Shown here: positions 9,174 to 27,754 of the stretch, one piece after another | Numbering within the stretch: the first letter of the stretch is position 1 | How the letters are laid out: every line of letters starts with the position of its first letter | Assembly (NCBI GenBank): GCA_964571695.1 | Contig: CAZNDG010000003.1 | Span: 15,261-79,260 of the forward strand | Length of the DNA: 64,000 nucleotides | Direction: 5' to 3' | From: an uncultured Syntrophus sp. | Lineage (GTDB): Bacteria > Desulfobacterota > Syntrophia > Syntrophales > UBA8958 | The notes under the pieces: model-generated | What the model saw: only the letters and a program-made list of their open reading frames with translations | What the model was told of the DNA's origin: nothing | The model's database searches: none | Program-made: the position numbers and the translations under genes

Positions 9174-10283
9174 GTGGAAGCGAAGCGAGAGGTCCATAAA
9201 ACGAAAACATCGTCCATCCAAACGGATTCAACGTTTCATTATCAAAGCAGATTTGAAAGCATCGGCGTCAAGATACCCGCGACCCGCCTGACCACCGGGG
9301 AAATAATGGCGGGGGTGAAGATGTGGGGCAGGATCGATCTCGAAGATCTGACCGGCATCGCGGCACGCCGGGTATGTACCGGCAAGGAGGATTCTTATGT
9401 CCTGTCGATCAGCGCCGCCCGGGACTGCCTGCGATATTCCCGTTATCAGCCGGATGAACTGGAGATGATCATCTGCTGTTCCATCACCCGCTATCAGGAC
9501 GGCCTAAATTTCGTTTACGAACCGCCCCTCTCCCTGACCGTGAAAGAGGCCATCGGGGCGCATCGGGCGTTGAATTTCGACATCACCAATGCCTGCGCCG
9601 GGATGCTCACGGGAGTTTACATCATGAATGATTTCATCCGCCGGGGGGTGATCAGGCGCGGAATGGTGATCTCCGGAGAATATCTGTCCTCGGCGGTGCA
9701 TAATGCCGTACCCCATGTCAAGACGGTGTTGAGCGGGCAGCTTGCCTCCCTCACCGTGGGGGACTGCGGGGCGGCGGTCATCCTGGAAAGGGCGCCGGAG
9801 GGTGAATCCGGCTTGCAGGTGTCCAATTTCATAACCCTGGCGAAGTACAGCGATCTCTGTATCGGCGAGCCCTGCGTCGATGCCCCGGGAGCCCAGATGG
9901 TGACCGCGGCCCGGAAGATACACCAGGTGGCGATTTCCGATTCTCCGCCTATCCTGAAGCGGGCGTTGATGGCCGCGGGTCTCGAATACGGCGATATCGA
10001 TCATTTCATTCCCCACCAGACATCCATCCGGGCCATCCGTTCCGGCGGCAAGCACCTGGCACGTTACCTCGGCAGCAATGTGAAGAATATCATTACCAAT
10101 TTCCAGGAGTACGGCAATACGGCCTCCACCACTCATTTTCTGGCCATGTACCGGTACCTCCAGGAAAAGCGGTTTAAAAAAGGAGACAAGATCCTGATCA
10201 TGGCCTTTGCCTCGGGGCTGGTTATCGGGGTGGTGATTTTTACCATGGACGCATTGGTGGATCGGTATGGGAGCGCTGATTGA
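9174..10283 (+). CDS. oleA: OleA-like thiolase (FabH/KAS III superfamily) with an intact Cys-His-Asn triad
   Basis: NFDITNACAGMLTG carries the active-site Cys, HFIPHQTS the His and EYGNTASTT the Asn. YEPPLS holds a Glu equivalent to the one in the OleA LEPST block. From memory, the protein aligns block by block with Xanthomonas OleA. An OleB/C/D-like context follows. Confidence 0.65.
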   Translation: MEAKREVHKTKTSSIQTDSTFHYQSRFESIGVKIPATRLTTGEIMAGVKMWGRIDLEDLTGIAARRVCTGKEDSYVLSISAARDCLRYSRYQPDELEMIICCSITRYQDGLNFVYEPPLSLTVKEAIGAHRALNFDITNACAGMLTGVYIMNDFIRRGVIRRGMVISGEYLSSAVHNAVPHVKTVLSGQLASLTVGDCGAAVILERAPEGESGLQVSNFITLAKYSDLCIGEPCVDAPGAQMVTAARKIHQVAISDSPPILKRALMAAGLEYGDIDHFIPHQTSIRAIRSGGKHLARYLGSNVKNIITNFQEYGNTASTTHFLAMYRYLQEKRFKKGDKILIMAFASGLVIGVVIFTMDALVDRYGSAD

Positions 10284-11154
10284 ATCAGTAGCGGTGAGCC
10301 GCCCAGGGTTTTTCCGTCGCGGGTCCGTGGATCTCGCCGTTAAGGCGGCGGCGGATTGTCTCGGCAAGGTCCGCCGCGATCCCAACGAACTGGGCCTCCT
10401 TGTCAATACGGGGATTTACCGGGATCGGGACATCGGCGAACCGTCGATCGCATCCTTCATCCAACAGCGGATCAGGGCCAACGAGCTGTTTACCGGCGCC
10501 GAAGGCACCTTCTCCTTCGATCTGAACAATGGCGCCGGCGGAATGCTAACCGCCGCCATGGTAGTGGACGGATTTCTCGCCACCGGCGCCGTGAAATATG
10601 GCCTGGTGGTCACCAGCGACGCCGAACCGCATCCCGGTCAGTGCGAATCCTATCCTTTTGTACCGGCCGGAGCCGCGCTCCTCCTTTCCCGGGGGCGGGC
10701 CGGCGAGGGTTTTTTACATTTCCGGACCGATACGGACACGGAGTTTGCCGCCGATTTTGCCAGTCGCATCGAGTGGACGGCAAAGGGAAGGAAAAAAAGA
10801 AACATCCTCATGGTGAGACAAAAGGAAGAGTATGCCCGGCACTGTGCCCGTTGCGCCCGGGAGGGACTGGCGGATTTCCTGCAGGAAATATCCATGCCCA
10901 TGGAAGAAATCGATATCGTCGTTCCCTCCCCCGGCCCGCCGGGGTGGCTGGCGGAACTGGTCAGGGAGCCCGGTCTGGGAGAGCGGACTGTGGTGCTGCC
11001 GGAGGCATTTGCCCGGATGCATACGGCGGGGCTCGGTTTCGCCTTGATGCAGGCCCGGGAAGACGGCCGGTTCGCCAGGGCGAAAAACTGTCTCTTCCTT
11101 GCGGTAGGTTCCGGGATCACCGTGAGCTTCGCCCTCTATCGCAACCCTTCCTGA
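10267..11154 (+). CDS. Second thiolase-fold (OleA/FabH-like) protein lacking the catalytic Cys/His/Asn; probable non-catalytic partner subunit
   Basis: Its ATG overlaps the 3' end of the upstream gene by 17 nt, suggesting translational coupling. FSFDLNNGAGGMLTAA has Gly where the nucleophilic Cys should be. The His block reads VVPSPGPPG and the Asn block reads RMHTAGLG. The RDRDIGEPSIAS block, which matches the OleA Glu loop, is retained. Confidence 0.6.
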   Translation: MGALIESVAVSRPGFFRRGSVDLAVKAAADCLGKVRRDPNELGLLVNTGIYRDRDIGEPSIASFIQQRIRANELFTGAEGTFSFDLNNGAGGMLTAAMVVDGFLATGAVKYGLVVTSDAEPHPGQCESYPFVPAGAALLLSRGRAGEGFLHFRTDTDTEFAADFASRIEWTAKGRKKRNILMVRQKEEYARHCARCAREGLADFLQEISMPMEEIDIVVPSPGPPGWLAELVREPGLGERTVVLPEAFARMHTAGLGFALMQAREDGRFARAKNCLFLAVGSGITVSFALYRNPS

Positions 11155-11201
11155 CGGCGGATGAATATATTTCAACCCCTCGTTTTTCCGGGAGATCCCC
11201 G

Positions 11202-12146
11202 ATGAGATTCACCCCCGCCGCAAACGCCGCCGACATTGCTCCTCCCTTCGACATCTCCCTGCACCGGCGTCTGTATCCCTTTGCCGGCCATTGGGTTCAG
11301 GGTCCGGGGTTTCTGTATCACTATCTCGACGAAGGCCGGGGCGAGGCGGTTGTGGCGGTGCACGGGAACCCGACTTGGTCCTTCTATTACCGGGAGGTGG
11401 TAAGAGCGCTGAGTTCCGGGAACCGGGTGATCGTTCCGGATCACGTGGGCTGCGGCCTGTCATCCCGGCCGCCCGAAAGCGTTTTCTCCTATACCCTGGC
11501 GAGTCATGTGGATAACCTGGAGGCGCTGCTGGATTATCTCGATCTCCAGGCCGGCGTGACCCTCCTGGTCCACGACTGGGGGGGGATGATCGGCCTGGCC
11601 TGCGCCTGCCGGCGCCCGGAGCGGATCGCCCGGATCATCCTTCTCAATACCGGCGCCTTTCTCATTCCCGCCGGCAAGAAACTGCCGTGGCAGTTGTCCT
11701 TCATCCATCGCCTGCCGATCCTACCCGACCTGCTGGTCCGGGGATTTAACGCCTTTTCCTATCTGGCGACCTTCCTTGCCGTCACGAAGCGGATGCCCCC
11801 GGGGGTCCGGCGCGCCTACACGGCGCCCTACAATTCCTGGCAAAACCGCCTGGCCACATTGCGCTTTGTCCAGGATATTCCCGTGTCTCCCCGAAACGGG
11901 AGCTACGCCCTGGCCCGGTGGACCGACGAGCGCCTGTGCCTTTTGCGTCATCTGCCCATGCTCATCTGCTGGGGAGGGCGGGACTTCGTATTCGACGATT
12001 CGATCCTGGCGGAATGGCGCCGGCGGTTTCCCCAGGCGGAGGTCCACTCCTTTCCCCGGGGGGGGCACTACATCCTGGAGGACGAGGGGGATCAGGTCAT
12101 CGAACTGATCCGGACCTTCCTGGACAGCACACCCCGGGGCCGGTGA
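11202..12146 (+). CDS. oleB: OleB-like alpha/beta-hydrolase (haloalkane-dehalogenase-like fold)
   Basis: I chose the in-frame ATG at 11202 rather than the ORF-track start at 10356. The protein reads MRFTPAA..YPFAGHWVQGPGFLYHYLDEGRGEAVVAVHGNPTWSFYYR..VPDHVGCGLSS..LVHDWGG. These are typical oxyanion and nucleophile-elbow blocks of this family. Confidence 0.65.
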   Translation: MRFTPAANAADIAPPFDISLHRRLYPFAGHWVQGPGFLYHYLDEGRGEAVVAVHGNPTWSFYYREVVRALSSGNRVIVPDHVGCGLSSRPPESVFSYTLASHVDNLEALLDYLDLQAGVTLLVHDWGGMIGLACACRRPERIARIILLNTGAFLIPAGKKLPWQLSFIHRLPILPDLLVRGFNAFSYLATFLAVTKRMPPGVRRAYTAPYNSWQNRLATLRFVQDIPVSPRNGSYALARWTDERLCLLRHLPMLICWGGRDFVFDDSILAEWRRRFPQAEVHSFPRGGHYILEDEGDQVIELIRTFLDSTPRGR

Positions 12147-12315
12147 TAACCGAGGAATACTAATTGTTATAATCGTTATAATTTCTTGAATATGTTTAGA
12201 AAATATGTTTGCAGACTGGATCGCCCGCGGGTGGCTATCTTGACGCCGCCTGGCGGCCTGTGTTAATGAACTCCTCGAATACCGCCCCGTGGCCCTTCAC
12301 AATCCGGTGGAAGAA

Positions 12316-13986
12316 ATGAACAAACCCCTCGATACCCCCAACCCGGACGCGACGGCGAATCTAAGTGAACATCTGAGTCGCGTCGCCCGCCTCCTGCCCG
12401 AGAAGAAGGCCGTGGTCTGCCCGGCCGCCTCCGGCGCCTTTGTCCACTGGACGTTCCGCCAACTGGACGAAGAGACGGACCGTCTGGCCCATGGTTTCCA
12501 GCGGGCCGGCATCGTCCGGGGGGTGAAAACCATCCTCATGGTCCGGCCTTCCCTGGAGCTGTTCGCCGTTACCTTCGCCCTCTTTCGGGTGGGGGCGATT
12601 CCGGTGATGATCGATCCGGGCATGGGGCGGCAGAAGCTGGTGGACAACCTGTCTTCCATCGGCGCCGAGGCATTCATCGGCATTCCCCTGGCCCACATCC
12701 TCCGGGTCCTGTCACCGGGAAAATTCTCCACGGTAAAGGTGAAAATCACCGTGGGCCGCCGTCTCTTCTGGGGGGGGTATGCGCTGGAGGATTTACGCAA
12801 GGGTCCCTGGCGGCCCTTCCCGCCGGCTCCCATGCGTCCCGACGAGCGGGCGGCGATCTTCTTCACCACGGGGAGCACCGGCCCTCCCAAAGGGGTGGTC
12901 TATGAGCACGGGATGTTCGACGCCCAGGTCCGCTACCTCCGGACCCATTTCGGGTATGGCCGGGATGAGGTGGATCTGGCTACATTTCCGCTCTTTTCCC
13001 TGTTCGACGCCGTTTTGGGAATGACCTCCGTCATTCCTGACATGGACCCCACCCGTCCGGCACAGGCGGACCCCCGGAAGATCGTCCACGCCCTGGAGGC
13101 CAACAACTGCAACAGCATGTATGGATCGCCCGCCCTCCTGGAAAACCTCGCCCGTTACGGGGCCGAGACGGGCAAGAAGCTTCCCGCCGTCAAACGGATC
13201 ATCACCGCCGGCGCGCCGGTTCGTCCCGACCTGATGGAGGCCGTCCACCGCCTGCTGCCACCGGAGGCCCGGATTCACACCCCCTATGGGGCTACCGAGG
13301 CCCTGCCGGTGAGCGATATCGACAGCCGGGAGGTTCTTACGGAGACCCGTCAAATCTCCGAAAGTGGAGGCGGCGCCTGTGTGGGACGGCCCATGGCGGG
13401 AATGGAGGTCCGGATCATCGGGATTACCGAGGAGCCTCTGGAGCGCATCGAGGATGCGGAGATCCTTCCGCCGGGAACGATCGGGGAAATCGCCGTCAAA
13501 GGACCGGTGACGACCAGGGAATATTTCCGGAATCCCGGGGCGACGCGCCTGGCAAAAATGCGGGACGGGGACGGCGGCGTCTGGCACCGGATGGGCGATC
13601 TGGGTTATCTGGACGATCGGCGGCGGCTGTGGTTCTGCGGCCGGAAGGCCCACCGGGTGGAAACCGCCGCCGGCGCTCTCTTTACCATTCCTTGCGAGGC
13701 CCTCTTCAATCGCCATCCCCGGGTGCGACGTTCAGCCCTGGTGGGGGTAGGCGCCCCGGGAAGCAAGCGGCCGGTAATCATCATCGAACTCCAGGCCGGG
13801 GACAGCGGCCGGGATAAGGAAGGACTGACGGAGGAATTGCTGACGATCGCCCGGAGCAACGGCATGATCGGGGCGATAAATACTATCCTCTACCATCCCG
13901 GATTTCCGGTGGACATCCGTCACAACGCCAAGATCTTCCGGGAAAAGCTGGCCGTCTGGGCGACGGCGCAGGTTGGTACGGATTGA
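12316..13986 (+). CDS. oleC: OleC-like AMP-dependent synthetase/ligase (beta-lactone synthetase family)
   Basis: FFTTGSTGPPKGVVYEH is the AMP-binding P-loop. FALFRVGAIPVMIDPGMG..AFIGIPLAH blocks are present. The ORF track begins at the GTG at 12289. The ATG at 12316 has ggtggaag upstream, so the start is uncertain by 27 nt. Confidence 0.65.
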   Translation: MNKPLDTPNPDATANLSEHLSRVARLLPEKKAVVCPAASGAFVHWTFRQLDEETDRLAHGFQRAGIVRGVKTILMVRPSLELFAVTFALFRVGAIPVMIDPGMGRQKLVDNLSSIGAEAFIGIPLAHILRVLSPGKFSTVKVKITVGRRLFWGGYALEDLRKGPWRPFPPAPMRPDERAAIFFTTGSTGPPKGVVYEHGMFDAQVRYLRTHFGYGRDEVDLATFPLFSLFDAVLGMTSVIPDMDPTRPAQADPRKIVHALEANNCNSMYGSPALLENLARYGAETGKKLPAVKRIITAGAPVRPDLMEAVHRLLPPEARIHTPYGATEALPVSDIDSREVLTETRQISESGGGACVGRPMAGMEVRIIGITEEPLERIEDAEILPPGTIGEIAVKGPVTTREYFRNPGATRLAKMRDGDGGVWHRMGDLGYLDDRRRLWFCGRKAHRVETAAGALFTIPCEALFNRHPRVRRSALVGVGAPGSKRPVIIIELQAGDSGRDKEGLTEELLTIARSNGMIGAINTILYHPGFPVDIRHNAKIFREKLAVWATAQVGTD

Positions 13987-14017
13987 TGATCAGGATGTGA
14001 AAAAATACCTTCCGGCA

Positions 14018-14033
14018 TGTGAACCAGTTCACA
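14018..14033. promoter_or_regulatory. Perfect CRP/FNR-family-type palindrome TGTGA-N6-TCACA upstream of OMP2/GP2
   Basis: The sequence is tgtgaaccagttcaca, in the 175-bp gap between oleC and OMP2, about 20 nt upstream of a -35-like box. Confidence 0.5.
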
Positions 14034-14052
14034 CCAAAATACACAATACATA

Positions 14053-14082
14053 TTGACACCAATGAGTAAACGCCTGTAAATT
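14053..14082 (+). promoter_or_regulatory. Candidate sigma70-type promoter for OMP2-GP2 (-35 TTGACA, 18-nt spacer, -10 TAAATT)
   Basis: The sequence reads ttgaca-ccaatgagtaaacgcctg-taaatt in an AT-rich gap. Confidence 0.4.
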
Positions 14083-14161
14083 TAAAACGAATAGATGCTT
14101 TATTGTCTATCGTCGGATGTGTACGGCTACCTGATCAAAATTGTTAATGGGAGATCGGCAA

Positions 14162-15718
14162 ATGAGGAAAATCCCGGCGCCTGTGCCGTCAATGGCGGTT
14201 TTGTTTATGCTCTGTCTGCTTATTCTGACGCCCTGTGCCTTTGGTCAGGAGGCCCCGGATCTACAGGCGGGTATCCGGCATTATCAGGCGGAGAACTATG
14301 AGGAAGCCATCGACATCCTGACTAAATACCGTCAGAAAGACCCGTCTTCGTCCATGGCGGCGTTCTTCCTCGGGATGTCCTATAAGCAGGCCAACGACAT
14401 CCCCTCCGCCGAAGGCCAGCTTCGTGATGCCGCCACTCTCACCCCTCCGGTCCGGCAGGCCCCGGTGGAGTTGATCGATGTCCTCTACCAGCAGGGTAAA
14501 TTCGAAGAGGCAAAGCAGTGGATCGGCGTCGCGGAAACCAACAACCTCTTCCCGGCCAAGATCGCCTTCCTCAAGGGGATGATCGCCGCCTCGGAGGGAC
14601 GTTACCAGCAGGCCATCGAGGCCTTCGATCAGGCCAAGAATCTGGATGCCGCCTATACCCAGTCCGCGGATCTTCAGATCGGGGTCTGCTACATGAACCT
14701 GCGCAAATACGACATGGCCAAGCAGCGTTTTCAGACCGCCATTACCCAGGACCCCCTCTCAGATCTCGGGTCTTTCGCCCGGCGTTATCAGGATCTCGTG
14801 GAAGAGCGCAGTTTCCTGGAACGGCCCCTGCGCCTGACCGTGGGCCTTATGGCCCAGTACGACACGAATATCCTCTCCGAACCGACCTGGAATGGCTTCT
14901 GGCTTCAGCGGACGGGGACGGATTTTTGGGAACGGGACGAGAAGAGCTTCAAGTATCTGACCACGGCCCGCCTGGATTATGTCCCCATCCTCAAAGGTCC
15001 CTTCACGTTCAACGCGAGCTATGCCGCCGCCGCCAGTTTTCAGGAGAAATATTCCACCAGTTACGACCTCATCGCCAACACCTTTTCCGCTAACCCCGGT
15101 TTGAGTTTCGGACGCTTCATGGTGGTACTGGCGGGTAACTACACCCATGTGATGAAGAGAAATCCCGGCTACCAGCGTTATTCGGAAAATTACACCGTCG
15201 GGCCGCTCCTCCGGTATATGCCGGCGCCGAACCATATCCTGGAGCTCTCGGCCGGTTATGCGGGTAAAAACTATTTTGAAGCCGTCACCCAGCCGCAACT
15301 CTGGGATCAGTCGTCCCGGGGCCTGGACAGCTATATCGCCTGGTACTGGATGTTCGGGGCCCGAGGGGGGCTTTTGAATCTCAAGTACGGTTTCAGCACG
15401 GAGAGCGCCCACGGCGCCTACTTCGACAATCGGGGACACCGGTTTACGGTCAATTTCATGTCCCCGAAATACTGGCTGATCCGGGCCCAGGTCGGCGGGG
15501 AGATGTTCCTGCAGGACTACCAGAACCCCAACGCCACCTTCGACAACACCAAACGGAGCGATCAGACATACACGCTGACAGCCGGGATTTACTGGGATAT
15601 AAACCGGCATCTCACGATCATCGCCCCGCAGTACATGAAGACCCGGGTCTTCTCGAATATATTCCTTTACGACTATGACCGCAATGTCTATTCCGTAGGC
15701 TTGGAACTCAGGTTTTAA
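14162..15718 (+). CDS. OMP2: TPR-repeat + outer-membrane beta-barrel protein, paralog of OMP1
   Basis: The ATG at 14162 is preceded by gggaga; the ORF track starts at 14141. The signal peptide is MRKIPAPVPSMAVLFMLCLLILTPCAFG/QE. TPR-like repeats follow, then a barrel that starts at AQYDTNILSEP and ends in YSVGLELRF. Long blocks are shared with OMP1 (AAFFLG..YKQ, DAATL.P, FPAKIAFLKGMI, TQDPLSDLG.FARRYQD.VEE.SFL.RP.RLT). Confidence 0.75.
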   Translation: MRKIPAPVPSMAVLFMLCLLILTPCAFGQEAPDLQAGIRHYQAENYEEAIDILTKYRQKDPSSSMAAFFLGMSYKQANDIPSAEGQLRDAATLTPPVRQAPVELIDVLYQQGKFEEAKQWIGVAETNNLFPAKIAFLKGMIAASEGRYQQAIEAFDQAKNLDAAYTQSADLQIGVCYMNLRKYDMAKQRFQTAITQDPLSDLGSFARRYQDLVEERSFLERPLRLTVGLMAQYDTNILSEPTWNGFWLQRTGTDFWERDEKSFKYLTTARLDYVPILKGPFTFNASYAAAASFQEKYSTSYDLIANTFSANPGLSFGRFMVVLAGNYTHVMKRNPGYQRYSENYTVGPLLRYMPAPNHILELSAGYAGKNYFEAVTQPQLWDQSSRGLDSYIAWYWMFGARGGLLNLKYGFSTESAHGAYFDNRGHRFTVNFMSPKYWLIRAQVGGEMFLQDYQNPNATFDNTKRSDQTYTLTAGIYWDINRHLTIIAPQYMKTRVFSNIFLYDYDRNVYSVGLELRF

Positions 15719-15749
15719 TCCCTCGTTTTATGTGTCAGGAGGTGTCACC

Positions 15750-25736
<9,987 letters not shown>

Positions 25737-25776
25737 GCCATGGGCTGAAGTTCAACGGCTGGTAAACCGCCTTTTC

Positions 25777-25807
25777 TTCCTCCCCCGCATAGGGGGAGGA
25801 CTTTTTG
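25777..25807 (+). terminator. Rho-independent terminator after GP2
   Basis: The hairpin is ttcctccccc-gcata-gggggagga, followed by ctttttg. It lies 40 nt after the GP2 stop. Confidence 0.6.
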
Positions 25808-25855
25808 TGCAGTGTGTGTAGTGATGGAAAAATTAATCGGGGAGGAAAAACGTTT

Positions 25856-26380
25856 ATGAGAATAACAATTAACCTTATCGCCGTCGTCACGGCATTGCTG
25901 CTGTCGCTGCCGGCTTGTACGCCGGCCTGGGCCGCCGGTCCGGTCAAGATCGGCATCATCGACCTGCCGCGGATCATGCGGGACGCCAAGGCGGCGAAAG
26001 ACGCCCGGGGCGTCCTGGCAAAGGATCTGGAAAACCGGCGGGCCCAGCTCATGGCCAAAGATAAGGAAATCAAGGCCCTGGACGACGAATTGAAGAATCC
26101 CCGGCTCAAACTCAGCGATGGGGCCCGAAAGGAGAAAGCGGAGAAACTGGCCCGGGAGGTAAAGGATTTCCGACGTCTCGATGCGGACTTCGGCGAAGAG
26201 CTGAAAAAGAAGGAATACGAGCTGACCCAGAAGATCATTGTCGATATTCGTGGGATCGTCCAATCCATGATAAAGAATGAGAAATACACCCTGATCCTCG
26301 AAAAGGGCGGTGTCTTCGGAAGCGATGAATCCGTCGATGTGACGGAGCGAATCCTGAGACTATACGACCGGCAGCGGTGA
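25856..26380 (+). CDS. skp: OmpH/Skp-family periplasmic chaperone
   Basis: ggggagg lies upstream of the ATG at 25856. The signal peptide is MRITINLIAVVTALLLSLPACTPAWA. VKIGIIDLPRIMRDAKAAKDA.. and long K/E-rich coiled-coil arms follow, ending ..YTLILEKGGVF, as is typical of OmpH proteins. Confidence 0.85.
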   Translation: MRITINLIAVVTALLLSLPACTPAWAAGPVKIGIIDLPRIMRDAKAAKDARGVLAKDLENRRAQLMAKDKEIKALDDELKNPRLKLSDGARKEKAEKLAREVKDFRRLDADFGEELKKKEYELTQKIIVDIRGIVQSMIKNEKYTLILEKGGVFGSDESVDVTERILRLYDRQR

Positions 26381-26403
26381 TTACTTTTGGTCCCTCCCCA
26401 TCA

Positions 26404-27426
26404 ATGAGCACGCCCGTTCTCGTGACCGGCGGCGGCGGATTTTTGGGCGGCGCCATCGTCGCCCACCTCCTGGCGGCGGGTTACACCGTCCGGAGTTTTG
26501 CCCGGAGTGACTATCCGGAGTTGCGGCGCCTGGGAGTGGAAGTGATCCGGGGCGACCTGGCGGATCCCGAGGCGGTCCGGCAGGCCTGCGCGGGCTGTGC
26601 CGTTGTCTTCCACAACGCCGCCCGGGCGGGGGTATGGGGGGATTTCGACTCCTTTTACCGCCCCAATGTGGTCGGTACGAAGAACATCCTGGCGGCCTGC
26701 GGTTGCACCGGCGTGGGCCGGCTGGTCTTTACCAGCTCCGCCAGCGTCGTCTTCGGCGATGCCGATCTGGCGGGGGTAGATGAATCGGTTCCCTATCCGG
26801 ACCGGCCCCGCTCCCCCTACACCGCCACCAAGGCGGAGGCGGAAAGGATGGTCCTAAAAGCAGACCGTCCCGCCCTGAGGACCCTGTCGCTCCGACCCCA
26901 CCTCATCTGGGGGCCGGGAGACACCCAGATCATCCCCCGCATCCTTGCCCAGGCCCGGGCCGGCAAGATCCTCCGTGTCGGCGACGGGAAGAACATCATC
27001 GACACCACCTATATCGACAACGCCGCCGCCGCCCATCTCCTTGCCGCCCAGGCCCTGGCGGAGAACCCCCGGGTCGCGGGGCGGGCCTATTTCATCTCCA
27101 ACGGCGAGCCCGTGAATCTCTGGGATTTTGTGAACCGCATTCTGGCCCTGTCGGGCATCCCGCCGATCCGCCGGGGAATCCCCAAATCCATCGCCGTCCT
27201 TATGGGGGGGGTCATCGAGCGTCTCCATCTCGCCCTGAAACTGCCCGGGGAACCCCGGATGACCCGCTTCCTCGCGGAGGAACTGGCTACGACCCATTGG
27301 TTCGACATTGGCGCCGCCCGGCGGGAATTGCTCTACGAGCCCCGCGTCTCCATGGCGGAGGGCCTGCTGCGCCTGCAAGCATGGTTGGCGGAACTGTCCG
27401 GAAAAGACATCGCGGCGAATCAATGA
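26404..27426 (+). CDS. oleD: OleD-like NAD(P)-dependent reductase (3-beta-hydroxysteroid dehydrogenase / extended SDR family)
   Basis: MSTPVLVTGGGGFLGGAIVAHLLAAGYTV is a Rossmann GxxGxxG block. SPYTATKAEAE is the YxxxK catalytic motif. The ORF track starts at the GTG at 26377, which overlaps the skp stop. Confidence 0.6.
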   Translation: MSTPVLVTGGGGFLGGAIVAHLLAAGYTVRSFARSDYPELRRLGVEVIRGDLADPEAVRQACAGCAVVFHNAARAGVWGDFDSFYRPNVVGTKNILAACGCTGVGRLVFTSSASVVFGDADLAGVDESVPYPDRPRSPYTATKAEAERMVLKADRPALRTLSLRPHLIWGPGDTQIIPRILAQARAGKILRVGDGKNIIDTTYIDNAAAAHLLAAQALAENPRVAGRAYFISNGEPVNLWDFVNRILALSGIPPIRRGIPKSIAVLMGGVIERLHLALKLPGEPRMTRFLAEELATTHWFDIGAARRELLYEPRVSMAEGLLRLQAWLAELSGKDIAANQ

Positions 27427-27517
27427 CGGCATGCTGGCAAGGATCTTTTCCGCCGCCGTTCGGTCCGTATCGGCAGAAGGGAAAAGATATCGTCCGTACC
27501 GTCTAATTTGATGCCCT

Positions 27518-27575
27518 CGTAAAAAACACTCATATCCCGTGGAGTACCACGAAGCATGAAAATGACTCTTTCATA
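27518..27575 (+). repeat. 58-bp hairpin-containing repeat, copy 1 (family 2)
   Basis: It matches the reverse complement of 45695..45752 at 46 of 58 positions without gaps. It contains the hairpin atgaaa-atgactc-tttcat. Confidence 0.7.
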
Positions 27576-27754
27576 GTAAAATCATTTTATTCCTCCATAT
27601 TCAAATGGGAGATTAGGAGGGGGTGGGGTAATCATTTATATTTACTTAACAAAACCCATCTTCACCCTGTCCCTCCCCTTGAAGGGGGGGAGATTTGCAT
27701 CTGTTACGGACGTATCAAATTTACCGACGCTTGCTTCCTCGTCCCGCTGGGCCG

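Noticed and set aside
10356-11201. The N-terminal 282 codons of the ORF-track entry 10356..12146
   Set aside because: This stretch overlaps the second thiolase-fold gene in another frame and is R/G/P-rich. The OleB-like homology begins at the ATG at 11202.
14162-14260. A possible lipoprotein lipobox (LILTPC) in the OMP2 signal peptide
   Set aside because: Pro at position -1 does not fit the L-[AS]-[GA]-C lipobox. AFG/QE is a better SPase I site, and OMP1 has no Cys at the equivalent position.
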